Assembly (NCBI RefSeq): GCF_947500405.1
Contig: NZ_CANMRY010000013.1
Coordinates: 98 to 64,097 of the forward strand
DNA: 64,000 nucleotides
Direction: 5' to 3'
Source of the DNA: an uncultured Maribacter sp.
GTDB taxonomy: Bacteria > Bacteroidota > Bacteroidia > Flavobacteriales > Flavobacteriaceae
Shown here in pieces: positions 10,443 through 19,274 of this stretch. How positions within the stretch are numbered: the stretch's first letter is position 1; each line of letters starts with the position of its first letter. The notes below the pieces were generated by a model. It did no database searches. It saw nothing but the letters and a program-made list of their open reading frames with translations, and had not been told where the DNA came from. The position numbers and the translations under genes are program-made.

Positions 10443-11330
10443 TTATTTAATAAATGAAAAAGCAACTAGTATTGCTTTAGATACATTTTCTTCTTTTAAA
10501 AAGTCTTTTACTTTAGAGTGCAAAGCAGGAATATCTTTATTGTTTATCATAGTTTGCACTTCTTTGTTATCTTCTAAAAATGTAGAAATTTCTTTTTGCG
10601 TTGGTAGCTTTTCCGAATTACCTAATCTTCCTAAATTATTACCAGTAAGTATTTTGCTTTCTAAAATATGTTTAGGTAATTTATCAACCCCAATCCCTTT
10701 TGTAAATATTGGTTTTGGAATCTCAAATAACGCATCTTTACTTGCTCTGCAATACCAACTTTCTCCCATTCTTGCAACTAAATCTAGTTTTGTAGTATCT
10801 AATTTTCCATCTTTATTTGTATAGGTATCATCTACATGAACCATAACAACTTTTGCTATTATTAAATTTCCAGCTCCTCCTTCTTCTCCTAAAGGCATTA
10901 CGTTTTCTACAATACACTCAAAAGAAACAGGAGATTCTTTAACTCTTGGCGGTTTTACTTTAACAGAAGGCACCTGTGTTAAACCAGATTTACTAAACTC
11001 ATTAACCCCTTTATCATACTCTGTACTAGAAAGAGACATTTGCTCTACAATAGGAAAGTTTACAATATTTATAGTTACTTCTTTGGTAGCAATTGCATTT
11101 TCTAAGGTATGTTTTGTAGTATTATCTCTTACTCTTCTTGCAGGAGAAAATATTAATATTGGAGGGTTAGCGCTAAATACATTAAAAAAACTAAACGGAC
11201 TTAGATTTACATTCCCATTAGTATCTACAGTACTTGCAAATGCAATAGGTCTTGGTGCTACTGCAGACAATAACAACCCATGTAGTTTTGCTGTTTCTAC
11301 TTCTTTTGGATTAATACTTATTGCTCCCAT
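10443..11330 (-). CDS. Flavin reductase-like domain protein with about 100-aa C-terminal extension
   Basis: N-terminal PRPIAFASTVD..G..NLSPFSFFN flavin-reductase-like signature. Start reassigned to ATG 11330 (MGAISINPKEV), 1 nt after the fahA stop (TAATATG). The ORF-track start at 11372 would overlap fahA by 41 nt. Confidence 0.7.
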   Translation of the reverse strand: MGAISINPKEVETAKLHGLLLSAVAPRPIAFASTVDTNGNVNLSPFSFFNVFSANPPILIFSPARRVRDNTTKHTLENAIATKEVTINIVNFPIVEQMSLSSTEYDKGVNEFSKSGLTQVPSVKVKPPRVKESPVSFECIVENVMPLGEEGGAGNLIIAKVVMVHVDDTYTNKDGKLDTTKLDLVARMGESWYCRASKDALFEIPKPIFTKGIGVDKLPKHILESKILTGNNLGRLGNSEKLPTQKEISTFLEDNKEVQTMINNKDIPALHSKVKDFLKEENVSKAILVAFSFIK

Positions 11331-11331
11331 A

Positions 11332-12579
11332 TTATTGTTTTGCAGGTAATAATTTAGTTTTAACTTCTCCAAATCCTACTTTTTTACCATCCTTCTGGCA
11401 AAATCCTCTCATAATGACGGTATCGTTATCCGCTATAAAAGTTCTTTGGGTACCATCTTTAAGTTGTATTGGGTTTTTACCTGCCCATGAAAGTTCTAAC
11501 ATAGAGCCGTAACTGTCTTTAGATTTTCCGCTAATAGTACCAGAGCCCATCATATCCCCTACATTTATATTACAACCATTCATGGTATGGTGTGCTAATT
11601 GCTGCGCCATATTCCAATACATATATTTAAAATTAGAGTTACTAACTACAGTTTCTTCTCCATTTTCTGGTTTAATAGCTACTTGTAACCAAATATCATA
11701 ATTACGTTCTCCTTTATATTCTAAGTATGGTAATACTTTTGGAGTTTGTTCTGGACCAGCAACTTTAAAAGGTTCTAAGGCATCCATAGTTACAATCCAT
11801 GGAGAAATAGAAGAAGCAAAATTCTTTGCTAAAAATGGCCCTAAAGGAACATACTCCCATTTTTGAATGTCTCTTGCAGACCAGTCATTAAATAATACTT
11901 TTCCAAAAATATACTCCTCCGCATTTTCTACTTTAACCGTATCTCCAAGGCTTGTCTTTTTTCCAATGATGAATGCCATTTCTAATTCAAAATCTACTCT
12001 TTTAGATGGTCCATAGGTTGGTTCCTTAGCATCTGGAGCAATAGTTTGCCCCATAGGTCTATGCACATCTACACCACTAACAATAATAGAAGATGCTCTA
12101 CCATGATACCCAACAGGAATATGTTTCCAGTTTGGCAACAAAGCGTTATTGGGGTCTCTAAACATAGTACCTACATTTGTGGCATGCTCAATACTAGAGT
12201 AAAAATCGGTATAGTCCCCAACAAATACAGGCAAATGCATTTGTACCTCTTTTTGATTTACAAAAACACTAGAATCTGTTTTTAAAACACTATCCACATT
12301 TGTTAGTTCTTCTTGAATTATAGTTCTTACTGTAGAAGTAATTTCTTTACCTAAAGCAATAAAATCATTCAATGTTTCACTTTTAAAAACATATGGGTTA
12401 AAATCTAAAGAATTAAAAACTCCTAATTCTGACGCTACAACCAAATCTAATATTTGGTCTCCAATAGCAACCCCAGCTCTTAATGTATTGCTTTTAGTTG
12501 AAAAAATTCCAAAAGGAATATTATGTATAGAAAAGTCCGAATTTTCAGAAATAGAAATCCAACAATCAGTATTTTTCAT
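11332..12579 (-). CDS. fahA: Fumarylacetoacetase
   Basis: 415 aa. FAH N-terminal domain (FSIHNIPFGIF) and C-terminal FAH fold (GDMMGSGTISG). Confidence 0.92.
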   Translation of the reverse strand: MKNTDCWISISENSDFSIHNIPFGIFSTKSNTLRAGVAIGDQILDLVVASELGVFNSLDFNPYVFKSETLNDFIALGKEITSTVRTIIQEELTNVDSVLKTDSSVFVNQKEVQMHLPVFVGDYTDFYSSIEHATNVGTMFRDPNNALLPNWKHIPVGYHGRASSIIVSGVDVHRPMGQTIAPDAKEPTYGPSKRVDFELEMAFIIGKKTSLGDTVKVENAEEYIFGKVLFNDWSARDIQKWEYVPLGPFLAKNFASSISPWIVTMDALEPFKVAGPEQTPKVLPYLEYKGERNYDIWLQVAIKPENGEETVVSNSNFKYMYWNMAQQLAHHTMNGCNINVGDMMGSGTISGKSKDSYGSMLELSWAGKNPIQLKDGTQRTFIADNDTVIMRGFCQKDGKKVGFGEVKTKLLPAKQ

Positions 12580-12603
12580 AATTGTAGTTGCTTAATATTA
12601 TTG

Positions 12604-13761
12604 TTATTCTAACCAAGATTGATAATATGTTCCATCATCAATATCTAAGGCCATTTGTGTTAATTTTAAAGGCTTAAAAGTATCTATCATTACTGCTAAT
12701 TCTCCTGTTTCTTTTTTTCCAATACTTTTTTCATAAGTGCCTGGGTGTGGTCCATGAGGTATTCCTGCAGGGTGCAAAGATATATGCCCTTGTTCTACGT
12801 AATTTCTGCTCATAAAATCTCCATCAACATAGTACAAAACCTCATCGGAATCTATGTTAGAATGGTTGTATGGTGCTGGAATTGCATCTGGATGATAATC
12901 ATACAAACGAGGGCAAAAAGAACAAATTACAAAGGCATTTGTTTCAAAAGTTTGATGTACTGGTGGTGGTTGATGCACTCTACCTGTTATAGGTTCAAAA
13001 TTATGTATAGAAAAAGCATAGGGAAAATTATAACCATCCCAACCAACAACATCAAAAGGGTGCGATGCATATACTAAATGGTGTAACTGCCCTTGTTTTT
13101 TTACTTTCATTATAAAGTCTCCTACCTCATCATATGCTTTTAAATTTTCTGGTAATTTAAAATCGCGTTCACAAAAAGGAGAATGCTCCAAGTGTTGCCC
13201 AAACCAATTTCTATATCTTTTAGGGGTGTAAATTGGAGAATAAGATTCTGCAATTAGTAATCTGTTATTCTCCGTTTCAAAAGTTATTTGGTATATCATT
13301 CCACGAGGAATAATAATATAATCTCCATATTCAAAAGAGATATCTCCCAACATGGTTTTTAAAACCCCTTTTCCCTTATGAATAAATAACATTTCATCTG
13401 CATCCGTATTTTTATAAAAATACGTTGTCATAGATTTTTTTGGAGCAGCTAAACTTACATGCACATCATTATTAAATAAAACTACTTTTCTACTCTCTAA
13501 AAAATCATCTTCTGGCTTTACACTAAAACCCTTTAACAGTCTAGATTTTATATTATGTTCCTCGGCAGCTATAGGCCTTAAGTCAATACTTTCCTTGACC
13601 TCTTTTACCATAGTGGGTCTATGTAAATGATACATTAAAGAGGACATTCCGTCAAAACCAATTGTTCCAAACAATTGCTCGTAATGCAGGGTTCCATCTT
13701 GCTTCTTAAAAACTGTATGTCGCTTAGATGGAATCTTCCCTAAAGTATGATATAGCGGCAT
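12604..13761 (-). CDS. hmgA: Homogentisate 1,2-dioxygenase
   Basis: Cupin-type HGO sequence. Start reassigned to ATG 13761 (MPLYHTLGKIP). The 10-codon upstream extension of the ORF track lies inside the 34-bp palindrome. Confidence 0.9.
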   Translation of the reverse strand: MPLYHTLGKIPSKRHTVFKKQDGTLHYEQLFGTIGFDGMSSLMYHLHRPTMVKEVKESIDLRPIAAEEHNIKSRLLKGFSVKPEDDFLESRKVVLFNNDVHVSLAAPKKSMTTYFYKNTDADEMLFIHKGKGVLKTMLGDISFEYGDYIIIPRGMIYQITFETENNRLLIAESYSPIYTPKRYRNWFGQHLEHSPFCERDFKLPENLKAYDEVGDFIMKVKKQGQLHHLVYASHPFDVVGWDGYNFPYAFSIHNFEPITGRVHQPPPVHQTFETNAFVICSFCPRLYDYHPDAIPAPYNHSNIDSDEVLYYVDGDFMSRNYVEQGHISLHPAGIPHGPHPGTYEKSIGKKETGELAVMIDTFKPLKLTQMALDIDDGTYYQSWLE

Positions 13762-13766
13762 AATTT

Positions 13767-13800
13767 TATATTTACATGAACAATTGTTCATGTAAATATA
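13767..13800. promoter_or_regulatory. 34-bp perfect palindrome: candidate operator between hmgA and the divergent TetR gene
   Basis: TATATTTACATGAACAATTGTTCATGTAAATATA equals its own reverse complement (checked base by base). It sits 6 nt upstream of the hmgA ATG, and its arms contain TATATTTA -7-like boxes. Confidence 0.65.
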
Positions 13801-13868
13801 TTAATTATTCTTTCACAAGCAAACTTTTTCCTTAGTTTTGAGGTCTTTAAGCATAAAAAAGCTTTTAA

Positions 13869-14447
13869 ATGAGTAAAATGACAAAGAGAGAACGTTTTTT
13901 AGAAACCTCTTTAAAATTGATTAATGAAAAGGGATTTAAGGCAACTACCATGAGAGATATAGCTCATAGTTTAAACTGCGAAGTTGCTAATGTCTATAAT
14001 TACATAGATTCTAAACAATCTCTTTTAGAAACTTACTTGTTTGGTATATCTAATGAGTTCCATGCAGCTATAGACACAATAATAGACTCCAACGCTAGCT
14101 CCGAGGAAAAAATAAGACTCATTATTAGAATACATATAGACTTAATGGTAAAAAAACCTTATGAATTAGCGCTATTAGTAAATGAGTGGCGAAATTTAAA
14201 AGAACCTAAATTAGGTACTTTTCTTGCAGAAAGGGTTGTTTATGAAAACAAAGTAAAATCTGTATTAAAAGAAGGTATGGAGGCTAAAGATTTTAAACCA
14301 ATGAATATAGAAATTGCAACGTATACTTTTTTATCTACCTTAAGGTGGTTGCATGATAAGTATACGGACTTACCTATAAAAATTAACCCAAAAGAAATAG
14401 AAGAACAAATATCTGAATTTGTGTTTTCTGGTATTTCTAAAAAGTAA
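13869..14447 (+). CDS. TetR/AcrR-family transcriptional regulator
   Basis: 192 aa. N-terminal HTH (FKATTMRDIAHSLNCEVANVYNY). A TAGTTTTG -7 box lies at 13833-13840. Confidence 0.88.
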   Translation: MSKMTKRERFLETSLKLINEKGFKATTMRDIAHSLNCEVANVYNYIDSKQSLLETYLFGISNEFHAAIDTIIDSNASSEEKIRLIIRIHIDLMVKKPYELALLVNEWRNLKEPKLGTFLAERVVYENKVKSVLKEGMEAKDFKPMNIEIATYTFLSTLRWLHDKYTDLPIKINPKEIEEQISEFVFSGISKK

Positions 14448-14451
14448 CCTC

Positions 14452-14475
14452 TTTATTAGGGTAATTGTGGAGAAT
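14452..14475 (+). repeat. Distal copy of an att-like direct repeat of the tRNA-Ala 3' end
   Basis: TTTATTAG (14452-14459), 8 nt, then TGGAGAAT (14468-14475). The same two blocks are contiguous at 16079-16094. Confidence 0.45.
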
Positions 14476-14517
14476 GACAGAAGTAATCTAAAAGGAGTAC
14501 TGACTTAAAAACACATA

Positions 14518-15630
14518 TTATTTACTTTCAATATTGAGCCAATATCTCGTACTTTTAAGCTCTCCTGTTTTAATTAGCATCCTTTTATCAACCATATCTT
14601 TTAAATCTCGGGTTGCTGTAGAAGCCGATGTTTTGACAATCTTGGTATAGTTTTCAGCACTTAATCCGCCTTCAAATCCTTGATGCCCTGCATCGAAAAG
14701 TCGCTTAACAACCTTATGTTGGCGTTCATTCATTAATGAAACAAAACTGTCAAAAAATTTAGCTTTTTCTATGATAAAATCAATCGTTTTTAAGGTGTCT
14801 TTCTGGGCTTCTATAATGGTTTGTCCAAAATAGACCAACCAATCCGTAATCTCACAAGTTTTATTATGAATTTCCAATGAAGAATAATAATTTTTTTTCT
14901 TAGCCTCAATTACTTTTGACAATGAAATCAAAGCAGGTTGCCCTAAACTTAACCCCAAGGATTTTTCAGCGATAGCACGACCAATACGACCATTACCATC
15001 TTCAAATGGATGAATACTTACAAAATATAAATGGGCAATACCAGCACGCACTAAGGGTAAGGTTAATTCTTCTTTATGAACACGATTAAACCAAGTAATA
15101 AATTGCTCCATTTCTTGGGGCATAGCCTTCGATGGAGGGGCTTCAAAATGTATTTTGGGTCTATCAATTCTACCCGAGACAACTTGCATTGGTTCCATAT
15201 GGGTTCTGTATCCTCCAATATCTGTTAAATCACGTCTACCATTAGTAATCATTTCATGCCATTGAAATAATTGTTCATGGGTCAATGGTTTATTAAAATT
15301 GCGGTATAAATCGACCATCATTTCTGAAATGCCATATTCAGCTGGAGGAACTTTTCTTTTATCAACTTCCAAGCCCAAATTGTTTTTAATCGAAGATTGG
15401 ATACTATCCCTGTTTAAATATTCTCCTTCAATTTCAGAAGTTTTAAGAGCTTCATTGGAAAGAACCTCAACAAGAAACTGGTCTTTTTCTTGTGATTGAA
15501 CATGTTTGAGTGCGCCCAATACCATGCCATTATTTTGAGAAAACTCATGTTCTAAAGAAGAAAGAGCAGTCGCATCATAGGAAAAATGCGCCCATTCTTT
15601 TAACTGCCAGTTCCATATTTTATGTGTCAT
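14518..15630 (-). CDS. Fic-family protein (AMPylase-type) with C-terminal winged-HTH
   Basis: Canonical HPFEDGNGRIGR motif; N-terminal inhibitory-helix motif TSEIEG ((S/T)xxxE(G/N)); C-terminal HTH-like segment (TSASTATRDLKDMVDKRML). Confidence 0.9.
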   Translation of the reverse strand: MTHKIWNWQLKEWAHFSYDATALSSLEHEFSQNNGMVLGALKHVQSQEKDQFLVEVLSNEALKTSEIEGEYLNRDSIQSSIKNNLGLEVDKRKVPPAEYGISEMMVDLYRNFNKPLTHEQLFQWHEMITNGRRDLTDIGGYRTHMEPMQVVSGRIDRPKIHFEAPPSKAMPQEMEQFITWFNRVHKEELTLPLVRAGIAHLYFVSIHPFEDGNGRIGRAIAEKSLGLSLGQPALISLSKVIEAKKKNYYSSLEIHNKTCEITDWLVYFGQTIIEAQKDTLKTIDFIIEKAKFFDSFVSLMNERQHKVVKRLFDAGHQGFEGGLSAENYTKIVKTSASTATRDLKDMVDKRMLIKTGELKSTRYWLNIESK

Positions 15631-15684
15631 GAGCTATAAATCTTTCTTTTATAGCTCAAATATAAGCATATTATGAGCTATAAG
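15631..15684 (-). promoter_or_regulatory. fic promoter region with three copies of TTATAGCTC
   Basis: Inverted repeat GAGCTATAAA (15631-15640) / TTTATAGCTC (15648-15657), plus a third copy GAGCTATAAG (15675-15684). A minus-strand -7 box TATATTTG lies at 15657-15664. Confidence 0.5.
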
Positions 15685-15699
15685 TATGTACTTTTCGGC

Positions 15700-15966
15700 T
15701 CAAAGGGTTTTTTGAACGTATTGCTCAATTAAATCCAAAATAGAATCTCGGTCATAGAGGATTATTTTTCTACTTGGTTGTGTATAACCAATATCACCAT
15801 TGTTACGCATCCGTTGTAAGGTAGACTTTGAAACACCATTAAGCATAACAACCGCATCTTTTTCTCCTATTCATTTTCTAGGAGCATTATTACGTTTACT
15901 CTCTAGGTATTCCACAGATTTATCTAAGAGGATGTAGAAAGCTTCTTCTTCTAAACAAATGACCCG
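15700..15966 (-). pseudogene. Excisionase-like helix-turn-helix gene, nonsense-mutated and lacking a start codon
   Basis: My translation: ...LEEEAFYILLDKSVEYLESKRNNAPRK*IGEKDAVVMLNGVSKSTLQRMRNNGDIGYTQPSRKIILYDRDSILDLIEQYVQKTL. In-frame TGA at 15871-15873. No ATG in frame back to the previous stop. Confidence 0.6.
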
Positions 15967-16038
15967 TATATACTTTTTATTTAATACTAAAGGTCGGAAA
16001 ATTTTGTGATTTTTGAAACACTCAGAAAAAGTGCAAAT

Positions 16039-16072
16039 AAAAAAGCTTCACAAGTTAAAAACTCTGTGAAGC
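16039..16072 (-). terminator. Intrinsic terminator downstream of tRNA-Ala
   Basis: Stem GCTTCACA / TGTGAAGC (16045-16052 / 16065-16072), followed on the minus strand by a T-run. Confidence 0.65.
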
Positions 16073-16078
16073 TCTGTA

Positions 16079-16164
<86 letters not shown>

Positions 16165-16176
16165 TGTAGTGATTTT

Positions 16177-16974
16177 CTAATTCTTATTTGCACTAAGTAC
16201 TAACACAGGAATTGGTGCAAAAAACTCAGATTTAGGTATGGTATTCTTTTCCCATAGTTTTTTAAAGAAACCTCTTTTTCTTCTAAATACACAAAGTAAT
16301 TCTGGGCTAAAAGATTGTAAATGTTGCGTTACGCCCAAGTAAGTCGTGGCATTTTCTGTTAGTGTTAGGTTAGCACTAATATCCATTAAAGCAGTATTTA
16401 CATTTAAATCGCTATCTACATAACCTGGAGTTTTTACTAAAAGTAAATTTACATTAGCATTATACTTTTTACGAATAGTTACTAATGAATTAAGAATACG
16501 GTTTCTTTTAATTATTCCTGATTTAAAAGCAACTAAAATATTTTTAAATGCAACATAACTGCTCCCTTTTGGTACTAAAAGGGCAGGTATATCTGTTCTT
16601 TTTATGATTTTACCAGAAGTATTTCCTAAATATAACTCTTCCTCTATAGCATTACTACGTGGAGCCAAAATTATTAAGTCTATTCCTAACTCTTTATCTA
16701 AATCTTTAATACCATCAACTATTCCTCCATTATACGTTGCTATTTTTATATCTACACTTTTAGCATTAATCTTAGCAATAATTTCTTTTAAACGCTCTCT
16801 ACTATTTTCTGCTACTTTTTCAGAAATATTAGCCAAATTCCCAGCTTTTGCAGACACATTAAAAACATCCATCACAAAAATATTGGATGAAAATTCATTT
16901 GCAAAATCTACAGCATACTGTAATGTTTCATGAGAGGTGCTAGAAGTGCCAATAGGAACAAGTATATTTTTCAT
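16177..16974 (-). CDS. Universal stress protein (tandem UspA domains)
   Basis: 265 aa. Two Usp-like halves (MKNILVPIG...ILAPR; FKNILVAFK...). Confidence 0.75.
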   Translation of the reverse strand: MKNILVPIGTSSTSHETLQYAVDFANEFSSNIFVMDVFNVSAKAGNLANISEKVAENSRERLKEIIAKINAKSVDIKIATYNGGIVDGIKDLDKELGIDLIILAPRSNAIEEELYLGNTSGKIIKRTDIPALLVPKGSSYVAFKNILVAFKSGIIKRNRILNSLVTIRKKYNANVNLLLVKTPGYVDSDLNVNTALMDISANLTLTENATTYLGVTQHLQSFSPELLCVFRRKRGFFKKLWEKNTIPKSEFFAPIPVLVLSANKN

Positions 16975-17112
16975 TTGTTAAGAAGGATTGTTTATTAATA
17001 TTCTAAATTTACAATTAAAATAAAATCTATTCATACTATAAGACTACAAAGATATTCTAAATTCATAAAAAACAGGATAATTATAATACTCTCTTCAATA
17101 TAAAAACAACTA

Positions 17113-18448
17113 TTGAAAACCATTATTAATTTTAAAAGTATAAATAACCTTGCTATTCCTGCAACCATTGCTGGTATTGCAGAGCCGTTATTATCTATTA
17201 CAGACACTGCTATAGTGGGTAATATTCCTGTAGATGGGCTAGAATCTTTAGCAGCCGCAGGTATTGTTGGTTCTTTTTTATCTATGCTTATTTGGGTTTT
17301 AGGCCAAACACGTAGTGCTATTTCTGCAATACTTTCTCAATATTTAGGTGCAGGAAAACTAGAAGAAGTAAAAACACTACCAGCTCAAGCAATATTTTTA
17401 AACCTTATTCTTAGTGGCATAATCTTACTTACCACCGTTTTTGTTATAGAAGAAATATTTATGGCCTTAAAAGCCACTGGTAAAATTCTTGAATATTGTA
17501 TTAGTTATTATTCTATTAGAGTTTGGGGCTTTCCTCTTACTTTATTTGTATTTGCAATTATGGGCATTTTTAGAGGGCTACAAAATACGGTTTGGCCTAT
17601 GGTTATTGCAATAGTTGGGGCAGTAATAAATGTTATTCTAGATTTTATTTTAGTCTATGGAATAGATGGTTTTATTACTCCAATGTACTTAGAAGGTGCT
17701 GCATGGGCTAGTTTTAATTGCACAAGCTATTATGGCAATACTTGCTTTTATTCTTTTAGTAACAAAAACCGATGTTAGTCTAAAATTAAAATTTCCCATT
17801 CATCCAGAGTTAAGTAGATTGGTAATTATGAGTTTAAACCTTTTTGTGCGAGCATTAGCCCTTAATACTGCCTTAATTTTAGCAGTAAGAGAAGCTACTG
17901 CTTTAGGAGATAAATATATTGGTGCACATACTATTGCTATAAATTTATGGCTCTTTGCGGCCTTTTTTATTGATGGTTTTGCGGCTGCAGGAAATATTTT
18001 AGGTGGTAAATTACTAGGAGCTAAGGATTATAAAAATTTATGGTTATTAGCTAAAAAAATAGTTGTTTATGGTCTTATTGTTAGCGGAATTTTAATGCTT
18101 CTTAGTTTTGTTTTTTATAAACCTATTGGCTTACTTTTTTCTAAAGAAGCACCTGTATTACATGCATTTTACGCCATATTCTATATTATAATTTTTGGAC
18201 TACCTTTAAACACCATTGCCTTTGTACTAGACGGACTTTTTAAAGGCCTGGGAGAAATGAAATACTTAAGAAATGTTCTTTTATCTGCCACGTTTTTAGG
18301 TTTTATTCCTTTTCTCTTTATTAGTAAAGCCGCTGGTTGGGGGCTTTATGGTATCTGGATTGCCTTTACTATTTGGATGCTAATAAGAGGTGGTGCCTTG
18401 GTATGGAAGTTTAACCAAAAATTTCGCCCATTATTACAAAAGCATTAA
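17113..18448 (+). pseudogene. MATE-family efflux transporter, frameshifted (two overlapping ORFs 17113-17778 and 17696-18448)
   Basis: The N-terminal half (LAIPATIAGIAEPLLSITDTAIVG) and the C-terminal half are each about 6 TM. The frames join sensibly only at 17705-17716 (GAAWAS|LIAQAIMAIL), around the T4 run at 17712-17715. Confidence 0.8.
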
Positions 18449-18463
18449 TTTTAAACAAAAAAT

Positions 18464-19231
18464 ATGTCTACATCGCGTACAGACGGAAGTCTTTATACCT
18501 CTATAAATAACCGAATAGCAACCATAGAATTTGGTCACCCTGCTAGTAACTCTTTTACGGCAGAATTACTGGAAAGACTAACAAAAGAATTAAATAAACT
18601 ATCTGTAAACAGTACTGTTTCTGTAATTGTTTTAAAATCTGAAGGAGAAAAGGCTTTTTGTGCTGGGGCATCTTTTAATGAGCTAATGGAAGTTTCTAAC
18701 CTGTCTGAAGGAAAAGTATTCTTTAGCGGTTTTGCCAATGTAATAAATGCAATGCGTAACTGTTCCAAAATAATTGTTGGACGTGTTCATGGAAAAGCTG
18801 TTGGTGGTGGCGTTGGTATTGCTGCTGCATGCGACTATGTTTTTGCATCAGAAAAAGCATCTATAAAATTATCCGAACTTTCAATTGGTATTGCTCCTTT
18901 AGTAATTGCTCCTGCCGTTGCGCACAGAATAGGAAAAGCTGCTTTAGGAGAGCTTTCACTAGCACCTACAGAATGGAAAAACGCGTATTGGGCTAAGGAA
19001 AAAGGACTTTTTGCTAAGGTTTTCGAAAACAGTAATGATTTAGATAAAGAATTAGATTTTTACACTAACCAATTATCCGAATATAACCCAGAAGCTTTAG
19101 AGGCTTGGAAAAAAGTACTTTGGGAAGGTACAGACCATTGGGACAAACTCCTCACCGATAGAGCTGCTATAACTGGAGAACTTGTGCTTTCTAATGCAAC
19201 TAAGCAAGCGTTAAGTAAGTTTAAAAAATAA
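18464..19231 (+). CDS. Enoyl-CoA hydratase/isomerase (crotonase) family protein
   Basis: 255 aa. Crotonase signatures (VIVLKSEGEKAFCAGASF, GKAVGGGVGIAAACD). Confidence 0.85.
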   Translation: MSTSRTDGSLYTSINNRIATIEFGHPASNSFTAELLERLTKELNKLSVNSTVSVIVLKSEGEKAFCAGASFNELMEVSNLSEGKVFFSGFANVINAMRNCSKIIVGRVHGKAVGGGVGIAAACDYVFASEKASIKLSELSIGIAPLVIAPAVAHRIGKAALGELSLAPTEWKNAYWAKEKGLFAKVFENSNDLDKELDFYTNQLSEYNPEALEAWKKVLWEGTDHWDKLLTDRAAITGELVLSNATKQALSKFKK

Positions 19232-19274
19232 TAATCGACTATTGTTATCGTTAAGATATCATAAAACTAATTAA

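Noticed and set aside
10414-10824. 136-aa plus-strand ORF, and similar antisense ORFs (440-658, 1392-1580, 2160-2366, 11083-11349, 12046-12285, 12745-13077, 16604-16933, 35615-35965, 40789-41103, 58379-58726, 59012-59302, 60129-60476 and others)
   Set aside because: All lie wholly within longer, motif-supported CDSs on the opposite strand, with odd composition and no recognisable motifs. They are typical shadow ORFs of an AT-rich genome.
13762-13791. N-terminal extension of hmgA (MNNCSCKYKI...) given by the ORF track
   Set aside because: The extension lies inside the 34-bp palindrome and is not HGO-like. ATG 13761 gives the conserved MPLYH start. Similar reasoning trimmed the ORF-track starts at 11372, 19441, 27334, 43182, 57422 and 63869.
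17113-18448. Two separate half-size MATE genes
   Set aside because: The ORFs overlap by 83 nt in different frames. The second has only a GTG start inside a TM helix, and the sequence is continuous across one helix when a single base is removed.
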